From positions 704,001 through 768,000 of the forward strand of contig OY760175.1 in assembly GCA_963663165.1 (NCBI GenBank): a stretch of DNA of 64,000 nt. The letters run 5' to 3'. Position 1 is the stretch's first letter. Every line of letters begins with the position of its first letter. This document shows, piece after piece, positions 33,222 to 43,148 of this stretch. This DNA comes from an uncultured Desulfospira sp. (GTDB lineage: Bacteria; Desulfobacterota; Desulfobacteria; Desulfobacterales; Desulfobacteraceae). A program made the translations under genes and the position numbers. Under the pieces are notes generated by a model. It was given only the letters and a program-made list of their open reading frames with translations, did not search any database and was not told the DNA's origin.

Positions 33222-34289
33222 TTATTTAACCGGGGGGTTGATGTCGAATTCGCTCATTTTGTAGAGCAGGGTTTTGTAGCTGATCTTTAGAATTTTGGCG
33301 GCCTTGGAGCGGTTCCAGCCCACCTTGTCCAAAACAAAGACAATGACTTCCTTTTCTACCCGGTTGGCGGCCATTTTTTTGATTTTTTTAAGGGAGATGT
33401 CCTGGAACAGTTTTTCAGAACTGGTGGACAAATCAACGAACTGGGAGATGATGGTTACCGATTCAGTGCTGAATTCTCCGGTATCGGTATCCGACTTTTT
33501 GCCCTTGTTTGGTTTTACAACATTTTTCGGGACTTCTGTACCGTCCTTGGGAAGCTCATTGAATATCTTCTCCCAGGAGTTCATCACCATCTGCTTTTTA
33601 ATGCAGTTTTGAAGCTGGCGTACATTTCCCGGCCAGGAATACCGGCACAGTTTTTCCATAATGTCTGTATCTGGTTTGGCCCCGTTGTTTTCAGGGTATT
33701 CAGATTTAAATTTCCGGTAATAGTACTCAACCAGGGCAGGGATGTCTTCTTTGCGTTCCCGTAACGGGGGGATGTCGATTTTGATAATGTTCAGCCGGTA
33801 AAAAAGATCTTCCCGGAATTGCTTTTGTTTGATCCGCTCTTCAAGGTTATGGTTGGTGGCGGCAATGACCCATACATCGGTTTTAAACTCCTGGTCTGAT
33901 CCGAGGGGGGAGAATTCACCGCTTTGCAGGACATGGAGCATTTTGGACTGAAGGGCTATGGGCATGTCCCCGATTTCATCCAGGAAAAGCACGCCTTTGT
34001 TGGCGGTCTGAAATTTGCCGGGCCGTTTTCTGTGGGCACCGGTAAATGCCCCCCTTTCGTATCCGTACAATTCACTTTCAAGAAGGGTTTCCGGCAGGGC
34101 CGCACAATTTATTTTCACAAAATTGCGGGAAGATCTGGTGGACTCGGCGTACAGGTTTTGGGCGACCACCTCCTTGCCGACACCGGTTTCACCGGTGATG
34201 AGGACGTTAAGGCAGGTGTGCGCCACATGGTTGATCAATTCCTTGATCTTTAACATTGATTGACTTACGCCGATTAGAGGTGTGCTCAT
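33222..34289 (-). CDS. Sigma54-dependent activator (AAA+ and Fis HTH, no N-terminal sensor)
   Basis: GETGVGKE, GAFTGA, LFLDEI, WPGNVRQL, WNRSKAAKILKISYKTL. Confidence 0.92.
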   Translation of the reverse strand: MSTPLIGVSQSMLKIKELINHVAHTCLNVLITGETGVGKEVVAQNLYAESTRSSRNFVKINCAALPETLLESELYGYERGAFTGAHRKRPGKFQTANKGVLFLDEIGDMPIALQSKMLHVLQSGEFSPLGSDQEFKTDVWVIAATNHNLEERIKQKQFREDLFYRLNIIKIDIPPLRERKEDIPALVEYYYRKFKSEYPENNGAKPDTDIMEKLCRYSWPGNVRQLQNCIKKQMVMNSWEKIFNELPKDGTEVPKNVVKPNKGKKSDTDTGEFSTESVTIISQFVDLSTSSEKLFQDISLKKIKKMAANRVEKEVIVFVLDKVGWNRSKAAKILKISYKTLLYKMSEFDINPPVK

Positions 34290-34310
34290 AAGTATTAACG
34301 TCTTTTTTGT

Positions 34311-34694
34311 CTACTTCTTTTCCTTGTTTAACAGCTTGGCAACTTTTTCTTCGATGTCAAACAAATCTATAGGCTTAAACAATACCAAGTCAGCTTCCGC
34401 TTCAGAGGCAAGGGCACCGGGGTGGTCTCCATAACCGGTCATGGCAATAATTTTAATTCCCGGGCATTCTTTTTTTGCAATGGAAATAAGACCGACCCCG
34501 CTGATATTCGGCATAACCAGATCCGTTATCAGGCAATGAAATACTTTGGGTTTCTCCTTTAAAATTTTTAATGCGGCAAGACCGTCAATGGCAGTTTTGA
34601 CTTCGTACCCCATTGAATTGAAAAATTCGTAAAAGGTAGACAGGATGTCTTCGTTGTCATCAACTATCAAAAGTCGCAGAGGATTTTCCGGCAT
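34311..34694 (-). CDS. Stand-alone response regulator receiver
   Basis: LLIVDD, ITDLVMP, MTG, FKP. Confidence 0.92.
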   Translation of the reverse strand: MPENPLRLLIVDDNEDILSTFYEFFNSMGYEVKTAIDGLAALKILKEKPKVFHCLITDLVMPNISGVGLISIAKKECPGIKIIAMTGYGDHPGALASEAEADLVLFKPIDLFDIEEKVAKLLNKEKK

Positions 34695-34846
34695 TTTTAT
34701 TACCTTAAAATTTCAACGGATTTTATATTGTTAAGTGCATATAATAGTTTTGTTCCGGTTTGCAAGGAAAAAATATGATTTCCCGACTATTTTAAAAAGA
34801 ATCGTATCCGGCACCTTATATAAATTGCCCACTTGAAATATCCTGA

Positions 34847-35794
34847 TCAGATGAAATAGGAGACAGCAATGTAGACAAAAAACAAAACCACAAAAACCAG
34901 TCCCTGGCCTTTGTTCACCCCTTTATACTTATAGGCAAGGACGCCCAGGGCCAGGCAGATAAAAATCATGAAAGGGAACTGGAACAAATGAAGGGACTTG
35001 TCAATATGCATGGGATTGCATATGCCCACAAACCCCATGACCAGGCAGATGTTGAACAGGTTTGATCCCACCACATTGCCGACAGAAATATCGCTTTCCC
35101 CCCTGGCAGCAGCCACGGCCGAGGTGGCAAGTTCGGGCAGGGACGTACCGAGTGCCACCACTGAAATGCCGATAAAGGTCTGGGACAGCCCGATTTTTTC
35201 AGCAAGCCCGATGGCCGTGGAAACCACAAGCTCAGCACCGTAACCGAGCATGCCGACGCCCAGGATAATATAGATAAAGTTTTTTAACAGCTTTTTTGAA
35301 TTGCGCTGGGATGCAAGGTTTTCATTTCCGGCTGAAGGGTCTTTTTTTTCCCTGGCCGTGAGAATCCCGTAGACCAGAAATCCGATCAAAAGGCCGATAA
35401 GGATGATCCCGTCCATGCGGCCGATGGCCCCGTCCAGGCACATCACCCAGAATATAATCGAAACAGCGACCATGTAGGGGATTTCAATGATGGTCACCTG
35501 CCGTTTAACGGAAACCGGCCGGATCATGGCGGAAATTCCGAGAACCAGGGCAATGTTGATGACATTGGAGCCCAGGATATTGCCGATGGAAATGGCACCG
35601 GACCCTTTAACGGCCGCCACCATACTCACCAGAAGTTCCGGTGCCGACGTGGCCAGAGAGACAACGGTCAGCCCGATAATAACCGGTCTTACAGCAAACA
35701 TGACAGCCGTGGAGGCTGCCCCTTCAACCAAAATTTCAGATCCAAAATAAAGCAGGAGCAACCCTGCCGTCAATATCAGTAGCGGTACAATCAT
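34847..35794 (-). CDS. Calcium/sodium antiporter (YrbG family)
   Basis: Two alpha repeats: ATSAPEL...GNILGSN and GTSLPEL...GNVVGSN. Confidence 0.92.
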   Translation of the reverse strand: MIVPLLILTAGLLLLYFGSEILVEGAASTAVMFAVRPVIIGLTVVSLATSAPELLVSMVAAVKGSGAISIGNILGSNVINIALVLGISAMIRPVSVKRQVTIIEIPYMVAVSIIFWVMCLDGAIGRMDGIILIGLLIGFLVYGILTAREKKDPSAGNENLASQRNSKKLLKNFIYIILGVGMLGYGAELVVSTAIGLAEKIGLSQTFIGISVVALGTSLPELATSAVAAARGESDISVGNVVGSNLFNICLVMGFVGICNPMHIDKSLHLFQFPFMIFICLALGVLAYKYKGVNKGQGLVFVVLFFVYIAVSYFI

Positions 35795-35944
35795 GGGGTC
35801 ATTCTTTCTTTTCGCTTTTTACTTAAGCGGTTATCTGCCTTGCGTTAACATAAAATTAATATTATAAGACGTGAATCATAAATCAGGCCGGCCAATTTAT
35901 CAAGCAGGATAACCCCGGCAAGAAAAGAAACAAGGAAGATGTGT

Positions 35945-36949
35945 ATGAAGAAAAGTATGATAAAAGGCACCGGGATGTTTGTTCCCCCTAACCTGGTGAC
36001 CAACCATGATCTGGTTAAACTGATGGACACCTCTGATGAATGGATCCGCCAGAGAACCGGCATCCGTCAAAGATACTGGACAACGGGCGAGTGCGGGTCT
36101 TCAGACCTTGGATATGAAGCCTCTGTTAAGGCCCTTGACATGGCCGGGTGGACAGCCGAAGACCTTGATTTTATCATATTTGCCACATTGAGCCCGGATA
36201 TCATGTTTCCGGGCTCAGGCTGCCTGATGGCCGCTCGTTTGGGATTGAATTCAACCCCTGTCCTGGATATCCGCCAGCAGTGTACCGGCTTTCTTTACGC
36301 TCTGGCAACGGCCGATGCCTATATCCAGTGCGGCCTTGCTAAAAAAGTTCTGGTGGTCGGGGCCGAAGTTCATTCCACCGGCCTTGATAAAACCACCCGG
36401 GGCCGCGATGTGACCGTGATATTCGGTGACGGCGGCGGTGCGGTCTGCGTTGAAGGCGTTGACACCGATGAAAAATGCGGCCTGTTATCATCGGCCCTCC
36501 ATGCCGACGGCAATTTTGCCTCTTCTTTAATGACGGAGCTGCCGGCGTCCAGACTGCCGGTGCGAATCCCAAAGGATGCGGATGCAGATGACCCCCGATG
36601 GTTTCCGATAATGGACGGTCCGGCCATCTTCAAAAAAGCGGTCCGGATGCTGCCCAAGGTGACCCAGGAGGCATTGAAAATGGCCGGTATAGGGCTTGAC
36701 GAGATTGATCTGGTCATTCCCCACCAGGCCAACAAACGGATCAACCAGGCCTTTGGACAGTTCTTAAAACTGCCTGAAGACAAAATTTTCCATAACATTG
36801 AAAAATACGGAAACACCACGGCCGCCAGCATCCCCATTGCCCTTCACGAGGCCATGGAACAGGGCCTGATCGGAGAACCCGGCTCGACCGTGCTGTTTGC
36901 AGGGTTAGGGGCCGGCCTGACATGGGCGGCGTCGATTTACCGGTTTTAA
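35945..36949 (+). CDS. fabH: 3-oxoacyl-ACP synthase III family protein
   Basis: DTSDEWIRQRTGI, QQCTGF (Cys), PHQAN, YGNTTAASIP. Confidence 0.88.
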   Translation: MKKSMIKGTGMFVPPNLVTNHDLVKLMDTSDEWIRQRTGIRQRYWTTGECGSSDLGYEASVKALDMAGWTAEDLDFIIFATLSPDIMFPGSGCLMAARLGLNSTPVLDIRQQCTGFLYALATADAYIQCGLAKKVLVVGAEVHSTGLDKTTRGRDVTVIFGDGGGAVCVEGVDTDEKCGLLSSALHADGNFASSLMTELPASRLPVRIPKDADADDPRWFPIMDGPAIFKKAVRMLPKVTQEALKMAGIGLDEIDLVIPHQANKRINQAFGQFLKLPEDKIFHNIEKYGNTTAASIPIALHEAMEQGLIGEPGSTVLFAGLGAGLTWAASIYRF

Positions 36950-36957
36950 AAAAGCAG

Positions 36958-37036
36958 TTAGCTGTTAGCCATTAGCGGGCTGTAGCAGCCCAAAATCTGC
37001 ACAGCTAAAAGCTAACAGCTAATGCCTAACAGCTAA
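36958..37036. repeat. Palindromic heptamer repeat, TTAGCnn family
   Basis: Between the convergent fabH and pgi genes; the last unit supplies the pgi TAG stop. Confidence 0.8.
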
Positions 37037-38661
37037 TGGCTTTTAAACAATTTGTTCAGATAGAACGCTTCCGCCTCTCCCAAATGATCAAAGCTGTGGG
37101 AAAAATCCTGATTTTTGGACTGAATTTCTGTCCTTAGTTTGGAAGCAAGGACCTTGCCCAGTTCCACACCATACTGATCAAAGGGGTTGAGCCCCAGGAT
37201 AAACCCTTCGAGAACGGTCCTGGCTTCGTAAAAGGAGAGCAGAATCCCGATACTCTGGGCGCTCAGATCATTAATTACCAGAACCGATGAGGGCCGGTTG
37301 CCTGAGAAAAACCGCTCGGGCCGGTCATCGTCCTTGCCAATGGCCAGCGCCGTGGTCTGGGCAATGAGGTTGGCCCACAGCTCCTGATGGTTGGTCACCC
37401 CTTTTGACCGGACGCTCTTTCCGGTAAACCCGGGGGTAAGAACACCGATAAATTCAATGGGAAACGCTGGTCCCTGGTGGGCAAGCTGGAAAAAAGAATG
37501 CTGGGCGTTGGTGCCGGGTTCCCCGAAAATAATGCATCCCCCGGGGGTTTCCAGGAACTGCCCGTCAGCGGTTACCATTTTGCCCAGGCTTTCCATATAA
37601 AGCTGCTGGACGTGGGGGGCCAGCCTGGAAAGGGCGGCAGAGTAGGGCACAATGGCCTGGGCCCCGTAGTTCAGGCAATAGGTATTCCATATGGAAATCA
37701 GGGCTGCGGTTAAGGGGATATTTTCATTTGGAGGGGCCTTGAGGGTGTGGCGGTCCATGGCGTGGCACCCTTTAAGAAATTGCTCAAACACGTCAAACCC
37801 GAAGGCAAGGCTTAAGGGCAGGGCGCCTACCGCCGAAGTCACCGAGTACCGGCCGCCGATAAAATCAAACATGTGAAAACTGTCCAGAATAGGGGCCGCG
37901 GTGTCAGACGGATTGTCCCCGGGACTGCCCTTGGCCGTGACCGTTACCAGATGGTCCTTGGACGTCAGCAAATGGCTTTGCAGGTAGAACAGCACCTGCT
38001 CCAGGTTGGCCATGGTTTCAGTGGTGGTGTAAGATTTAGAAATCACGATCCATAAACAGGATTCCGCCTCAACCTCACGGGTTATCCGGGCAAAATTGTC
38101 AATATCCACGTTGGACAAAAATAACAGTTTAATCTGGGATTCGTGGGCGGCTTTCAATGCTTCAGAAGCAAATTCGCACCCCAGGTACGACCCGCCGATT
38201 CCCACAATTACGGCATGGGTAAAGGGTTTGCCGGTTGAGCCCTTGAGTTCGCCGGACCGGACAGCCCGTGAAAATTGCTGAATCTGGCCATTGACCCGGT
38301 GGATTTCCTTTAACACATCCACATCGCCTGCCATAAGGCTGTCCCGGGAAAAATCCCGGGTACCGGTATGAAGGGCCGAGCGTTTTTCAGTGACGTTAAC
38401 GATTTCTCCTTTGGCCATTTCGTCAAAGGTTTCCAATGCCCCGGCTGTTTCAGCAAGGGCATAAAGAGACGCCATGGCATCTTTGTCCAGGCGCTGGCGT
38501 GAAAAATCAAAAAACAGCCCTTCGCATTCAAGGCTGAAGCCTTTGAACCTGTCCGGGTCTTGAAGCAGCTGTTTAAGGTGGCGGGTTTGAGAATCAAACC
38601 CGGTGGCTTTTTGAATCAGATCTTTGAATTCAGAAAGCTGGTCCATGGCTTTTGTGTTCAT
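37033..38661 (-). CDS. pgi: Glucose-6-phosphate isomerase
   Basis: GIGGSYLG, SKSYTTTET, GGRYSVTS, QQLYMESLGK, FDQYGVELGK; SD GGAGG before ATG 38661. Confidence 0.96.
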   Translation of the reverse strand: MNTKAMDQLSEFKDLIQKATGFDSQTRHLKQLLQDPDRFKGFSLECEGLFFDFSRQRLDKDAMASLYALAETAGALETFDEMAKGEIVNVTEKRSALHTGTRDFSRDSLMAGDVDVLKEIHRVNGQIQQFSRAVRSGELKGSTGKPFTHAVIVGIGGSYLGCEFASEALKAAHESQIKLLFLSNVDIDNFARITREVEAESCLWIVISKSYTTTETMANLEQVLFYLQSHLLTSKDHLVTVTAKGSPGDNPSDTAAPILDSFHMFDFIGGRYSVTSAVGALPLSLAFGFDVFEQFLKGCHAMDRHTLKAPPNENIPLTAALISIWNTYCLNYGAQAIVPYSAALSRLAPHVQQLYMESLGKMVTADGQFLETPGGCIIFGEPGTNAQHSFFQLAHQGPAFPIEFIGVLTPGFTGKSVRSKGVTNHQELWANLIAQTTALAIGKDDDRPERFFSGNRPSSVLVINDLSAQSIGILLSFYEARTVLEGFILGLNPFDQYGVELGKVLASKLRTEIQSKNQDFSHSFDHLGEAEAFYLNKLFKSH

Positions 38662-38936
38662 GTTGTCCTCCCCGATTTTTTTTATGATAAAGCTTGAATG
38701 CTGGAATTTGAGTGCCGCAATTTCTGATAGAATAATAAAACTAAATGGTTCGGTCAAGCGCGGCGAACGAGATGTTAAAAGGCGTCTGTGTTAATTGCAG
38801 ATACAACTATTATTAAATTATATAACAACTAATTGTAATGACAATAATTTTGATAAGTTTGTTGTGTGTACAAATAAGGGGAGGGCGGGTGGTAAGTTTT
38901 CCCTATAGGCAAAACCAAGACGTCATGATGGACTTT

Positions 38937-39236
38937 TTATATGAAAGACTCAGCAACCTGTTGAGTGCTTTCAATATTCGTTGTGGGCGGTTCTTGGTTG
39001 GATAACCAAGACGGCCCGTGGCCGTTATAAGAAACTGGAGACAAGAAACAAGAGACAAGAGGGCGAAGCACCTGCGGTGCCCAATTTATAGTCTACCGTT
39101 GCTGGTATCTTCAGTTTCATTAATAGTTGTGGGCTTGTGGCCCATGGCAGTTTATAAGAAAGTCTCACTAACAAGATGAAAAGACTTTCATTTTTCGTTG
39201 TGGGCGGTTCTTGGTTGGATAACCAAGAACCGCCCA
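38937..39236. repeat. REP-like two-hairpin repeat, copies 2 (38937-39027) and 3 (39152-39236)
   Basis: Match to 21541-21633; copy 3 is a perfect palindrome TGGGCGGTTCTTGGTT-GGAT-AACCAAGAACCGCCCA. Confidence 0.85.
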
Positions 39237-39255
39237 TGTCCACCAGGATTTTAAT

Positions 39256-39421
39256 TAGTGCCTGAATGGAAAACCCGTGTTTGGACGAAAAGTTGCCCAG
39301 ATGCAAGGCGTAACCAAAGGTCAGAAACCAGAAAAAATGGCAACCGGAGCAACCTTGCGGTTGTGAGGATTGCCATTTTTTCTGCAACACAGCAGATGGG
39401 TGACTTTTCGTTCAAACACTA
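39256..39421. repeat. MITE-like long palindromic repeat, copy 1
   Basis: TGTTTGGACGAAAAGTT...GACTTTTCGTTCAAACA nested hairpin; an inverted copy lies at 42963. Confidence 0.8.
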
Positions 39422-40126
39422 ATCCCTGGAGCCGCCAAAAATCCTGAGCAGAAACAGAAACAGGTTAATGAAGTCCAGATAAAGGGTGAGGGCGCCCATA
39501 ATGGATCCTTTGCGAACCATGGCACCGGTGGCGTTGCCCGGCATGGTAACGGCCATGGATTTAAGTTTCTGGGTGTCATAGGCGGTTAATCCCACAAATA
39601 CCAGAACGCCGATATAGGAAATGACCATGGCCATGGCCGAACTCTGGATGAATATATTCACCACAGAGGCGATGATAATACCGATCAGCCCCATCATCAT
39701 GAAGCCGCCCATGGAGGTCAGATCCCGTTTGGTGACCATGCCGAAGATGCTGCAGGAAAGAAAGGTGACCGCGCAGATCACAAAGGTGGACGCGATAGAG
39801 GTTGCCGTATACGCCAGGAATATAAAGGACAGAGTAATCCCGTTGAGTATGGCGTATACCGCAAACAGCGTGGTCGCCGTGGACGCCTGAATTTTTTGTA
39901 TCCTGGCCGACAGGAAAAAGACAAACCCAAGCTCGGCAATGATCAGCACGGGCAAGGCAATGGGATTGCCGTAAACTATCTGGATGGCGGTTTCGTTGTG
40001 GGATACGAAATATGCGGTAAAGGCGGTGAGGCCAAGGCCGATGGCCATCCAGTTGTAGACGCTTCTGATAAACGAATTAACCCGGGTTAAGGTATCGGAC
40101 CCGGAAAAAGAATAAGCCTGATTCAT
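39419..40126 (-). CDS. Bax inhibitor-1/YccA family membrane protein
   Basis: FIRSVYNWM, LTAYDTQKLK, GALTLYLDFINLF; about 7 TM helices. Confidence 0.92.
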   Translation of the reverse strand: MNQAYSFSGSDTLTRVNSFIRSVYNWMAIGLGLTAFTAYFVSHNETAIQIVYGNPIALPVLIIAELGFVFFLSARIQKIQASTATTLFAVYAILNGITLSFIFLAYTATSIASTFVICAVTFLSCSIFGMVTKRDLTSMGGFMMMGLIGIIIASVVNIFIQSSAMAMVISYIGVLVFVGLTAYDTQKLKSMAVTMPGNATGAMVRKGSIMGALTLYLDFINLFLFLLRIFGGSRD

Positions 40127-40437
40127 TTGGTATGCCTCCTTAAAAAGTTTGTTTCGGATCATTAAAGTACTTTTATCAGTATAATAACATTAAAAAAGGG
40201 GATTGCAAGATTACAATTTGATTAACCATTTGGACCGATAAAAAGTTTACATAATATATATTATCAGACATTCAAAATAAGGAAGACCTGAGACCGGATA
40301 TTGTGACTCCCTCGGGTTTACGCATTCCGGTCTCCGGTCTTCCGGTTTCCTTCAATCATCATATTTATATTGTTAAAACAAATTCATTGTTTTATAAATA
40401 TACCCCTTGTATTTAATGAACGATATCGATAAATCAG

Positions 40438-41787
40438 ATGGTTATGGCTCAGGAAAAACAATTTAACCACATATACACGGTTTCAAAGCTGACCCGTGAG
40501 CTGAAAACCATACTGGAAAATCAATTTTCCTTTGTCTGGATCATTGGGGAAATTTCCAACTATGTTGTGCCCGGATCAGGCCATTCCTATTTTTCATTAA
40601 AAGATGAAGGCGCCGTGATCAACTGTGTGATGTTCAGAAACCAGAAACACGCCTTGAAATTTGAACCGGAAAACGGATTGCGGGTCATCGGCTTGGGCCG
40701 GATTTCAGTTTATGAACCCCGGGGATCCTATCAGCTCATCTTTGAACATATGGAGCCTGAAGGCACCGGATCACTTCAATTGGCCTTTGAACAGCTCAAA
40801 AAGAAACTGGACCAGGAAGGCCTCTTTGACCCTTCCCATAAAAAAGACATCCCGTTCTTACCCTCAACCGTTCATGTGATTACATCGCCGACAGGCGCAG
40901 CTGTGCGGGATATTATCAAGGTGGCCACCCGGCGATACCCCAACGGCTGCATTCAAATTTTACCGGTAATGGTTCAGGGCGTTGATGCGCCCTTGCAGAT
41001 CGCTCAGGCCATTGAATTTTCAAATCAACTGAACCGGGCAGATTTAATCATCCTTGCCCGGGGCGGCGGTTCCATGGAAGACCTGTCCGCCTTTAACAGC
41101 GAAGTGGTGGCCCGGGCCGTTTTCAACTCTGCCATCCCGGTCATTACGGGTATCGGACACGAAACAGATTTTACCATTGCCGATTTTGTGGCTGATTTCA
41201 GGGCGCCGACCCCATCAGCGGCGGCGGAACATGCCTTTCCGGATAAAAAAATGCTTGTCCAGACCCTGAACCGGCTAACCTTGTCCATGACCATGACCCT
41301 TGAAAAGACATTGACCCGGAAGGAATCTCAGATTATAGATCTTGAATCCCGTCTCAAAAGCCCCCGGCGCCTGATTGACGATCATATGCTCAAACTCGAC
41401 GACCATGGGGCAAGACTGTTGAAGGCCCTTGAAACCAGAATTTCCCGGTCACAGGAACATCTTTCTTTCCTGACCCGGCGCCTGATCGGCAGCCGGCCTG
41501 ATGTTCAGGCCGATAAGCGCCAGGTGACCGGGTTATCGGACCTGCTTGGCCTGGTAATGGGGGCTTGCCTGGAAAAAGGGAAAAACCGGCTGGGAAAACT
41601 TGAAACCGGTTTGGGGGCGGTTAATCCGGAATCTGTCCTGAAAAGGGGGTACAGCATAACACGCACCCTGCCCCGCCGGAAAATGGTGACCAGTGCTCAG
41701 GATCTTCAGGCCGATGACCGGATTGAAGTGATCCTGGCAAAGGGGCGCATCACCGCACAGGTAAAGGAAACAACCGCTGACAGCTAA
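40438..41787 (+). CDS. xseA: Exodeoxyribonuclease VII large subunit
   Basis: GEISN, SGHSYFSLKD, ARGGGSMEDL, GIGHETD, APTPSAAAE. Confidence 0.97.
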   Translation: MVMAQEKQFNHIYTVSKLTRELKTILENQFSFVWIIGEISNYVVPGSGHSYFSLKDEGAVINCVMFRNQKHALKFEPENGLRVIGLGRISVYEPRGSYQLIFEHMEPEGTGSLQLAFEQLKKKLDQEGLFDPSHKKDIPFLPSTVHVITSPTGAAVRDIIKVATRRYPNGCIQILPVMVQGVDAPLQIAQAIEFSNQLNRADLIILARGGGSMEDLSAFNSEVVARAVFNSAIPVITGIGHETDFTIADFVADFRAPTPSAAAEHAFPDKKMLVQTLNRLTLSMTMTLEKTLTRKESQIIDLESRLKSPRRLIDDHMLKLDDHGARLLKALETRISRSQEHLSFLTRRLIGSRPDVQADKRQVTGLSDLLGLVMGACLEKGKNRLGKLETGLGAVNPESVLKRGYSITRTLPRRKMVTSAQDLQADDRIEVILAKGRITAQVKETTADS

Positions 41788-41816
41788 CGGCTGACAGCTA
41801 ACGGAGACGAGACCAA

Positions 41817-42041
41817 ATGGCCAAAAAAACTTTCGAAACAGCGTTACAGGAACTCGAAGATATTGTCAGGGAAATGGAATCAGGGGAACTGCCCCTTGAA
41901 CAGGCCCTTAAAAAATATGAGGCCGGCATTGCCCATGTTAGCTACTGCCGTGAAATCCTGGAGCGGACTGAAAAAAAAATTACCGTGTTAACCAAAGGAA
42001 TAGACAACACCATAGAGGAATCACCATTTGAAGACCATTGA
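41817..42041 (+). CDS. xseB: Exodeoxyribonuclease VII small subunit
   Basis: FETALQELEDIVREMESGELPLEQAL. Confidence 0.95.
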   Translation: MAKKTFETALQELEDIVREMESGELPLEQALKKYEAGIAHVSYCREILERTEKKITVLTKGIDNTIEESPFEDH

Positions 42042-42957
42042 TCCTTTATTTGATTTGTCCGGATATCTGGCCAGGTACCGTGAACTTATCGATGACCGGC
42101 TTAACCGGATGTTTCAATCCCAGGACCCGGATCGTGAGCTGGTACGGGCCATGACCCATTCGCTCATGGCCCCCGGAAAACGGCTTCGACCCATTCTGGC
42201 CATTGCCTCAGCCCAGGCCTGCGGCGGGGATGAGACCTATGCCCTGCCCGCCTGCTGCGCCATTGAGATGATCCATGCCTATTCTTTGATCCACGATGAT
42301 CTCCCGGCCATGGACGACGATGATTTAAGGCGGGGCATGCCCACCTGCCATAAAAAATTTGGTGAAGCCACCGCCATTCTGGCCGGTGACGGACTGCTCA
42401 CCCACGCCTTCAGGGTCATTGCCAGTCCCGGGGACCTGTTTGATGTGTATCCCGATGACCCGGTCCGGATTCAATTGATTGCGGCCATCTCCGACGCGGC
42501 CGGGATTAACGGCATGGTGGAAGGACAGATGCTGGACATGCAGTCCGAAGAACTGTTGAAAAATGCGCCGGATAATATCCTTGACCGGCTCCTTAAGCTT
42601 CATGGGCTTAAAACCGGAAAAATGATTTCCGTGAGCGTGGAATCCGGGGCATTAAGTGTGAATGCCGGCGATTCATTAAAAACACCGTTGCTAACCTATG
42701 CCGCCGGCATCGGTCTTGCCTTCCAGGTCATGGACGACATCCTCAATGTCGAAGGAGACCCGGAAGTCATGGGAAAAGCCGCCGGGTCTGATGCCGAAAA
42801 CCAGAAAACGACGTTTCCGGCCCTCATGGGGCTTTCCAAGTCCAAGGCATATGCCCGCAACCTGATTGACAGCGCCCTTGAGGCCCTTGACGGGTTTGAC
42901 CGGAAGGCCGACCCTTTAAGGGCTATTGCCCAGTACATCATTAACCGAAAAAGGTAG
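42028..42957 (+). CDS. ispA: Polyprenyl (geranylgeranyl/farnesyl) diphosphate synthase
   Basis: GKRLRP, SLIHDDLPAMDDDDLRRG, AFQVMDDIL; xseB-ispA-dxs synteny. Confidence 0.93.
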   Translation: MKTIDPLFDLSGYLARYRELIDDRLNRMFQSQDPDRELVRAMTHSLMAPGKRLRPILAIASAQACGGDETYALPACCAIEMIHAYSLIHDDLPAMDDDDLRRGMPTCHKKFGEATAILAGDGLLTHAFRVIASPGDLFDVYPDDPVRIQLIAAISDAAGINGMVEGQMLDMQSEELLKNAPDNILDRLLKLHGLKTGKMISVSVESGALSVNAGDSLKTPLLTYAAGIGLAFQVMDDILNVEGDPEVMGKAAGSDAENQKTTFPALMGLSKSKAYARNLIDSALEALDGFDRKADPLRAIAQYIINRKR

Positions 42958-42962
42958 CCCCA

Positions 42963-43106
42963 TGTTTGAACGAGAATTCACCCATCTGCTGCGTTGCAAA
43001 AAAATTGGCAATCCTCATATACCCCGGTATGCTCCGGTTGCAAATTTTTTTGGGCCTTGCATCTGGGCAAATTTTCGTCCAAACATAAATCCTTCTTTAG
43101 ACGCTA
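42963..43106. repeat. MITE-like long palindromic repeat, copy 2 (inverted)
   Basis: Reverse-complement match to 39256-39418, lacking about 20 nt of one arm. Confidence 0.8.
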
Positions 43107-43148
43107 AATATCTTCTTGAACCCCTAACAGCGAACAAGGTAATATAAC

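Noticed and set aside
39025..39390. 121-aa minus-strand ORF
   Set aside because: Runs through REP-like and MITE-like repeats; likely spurious.
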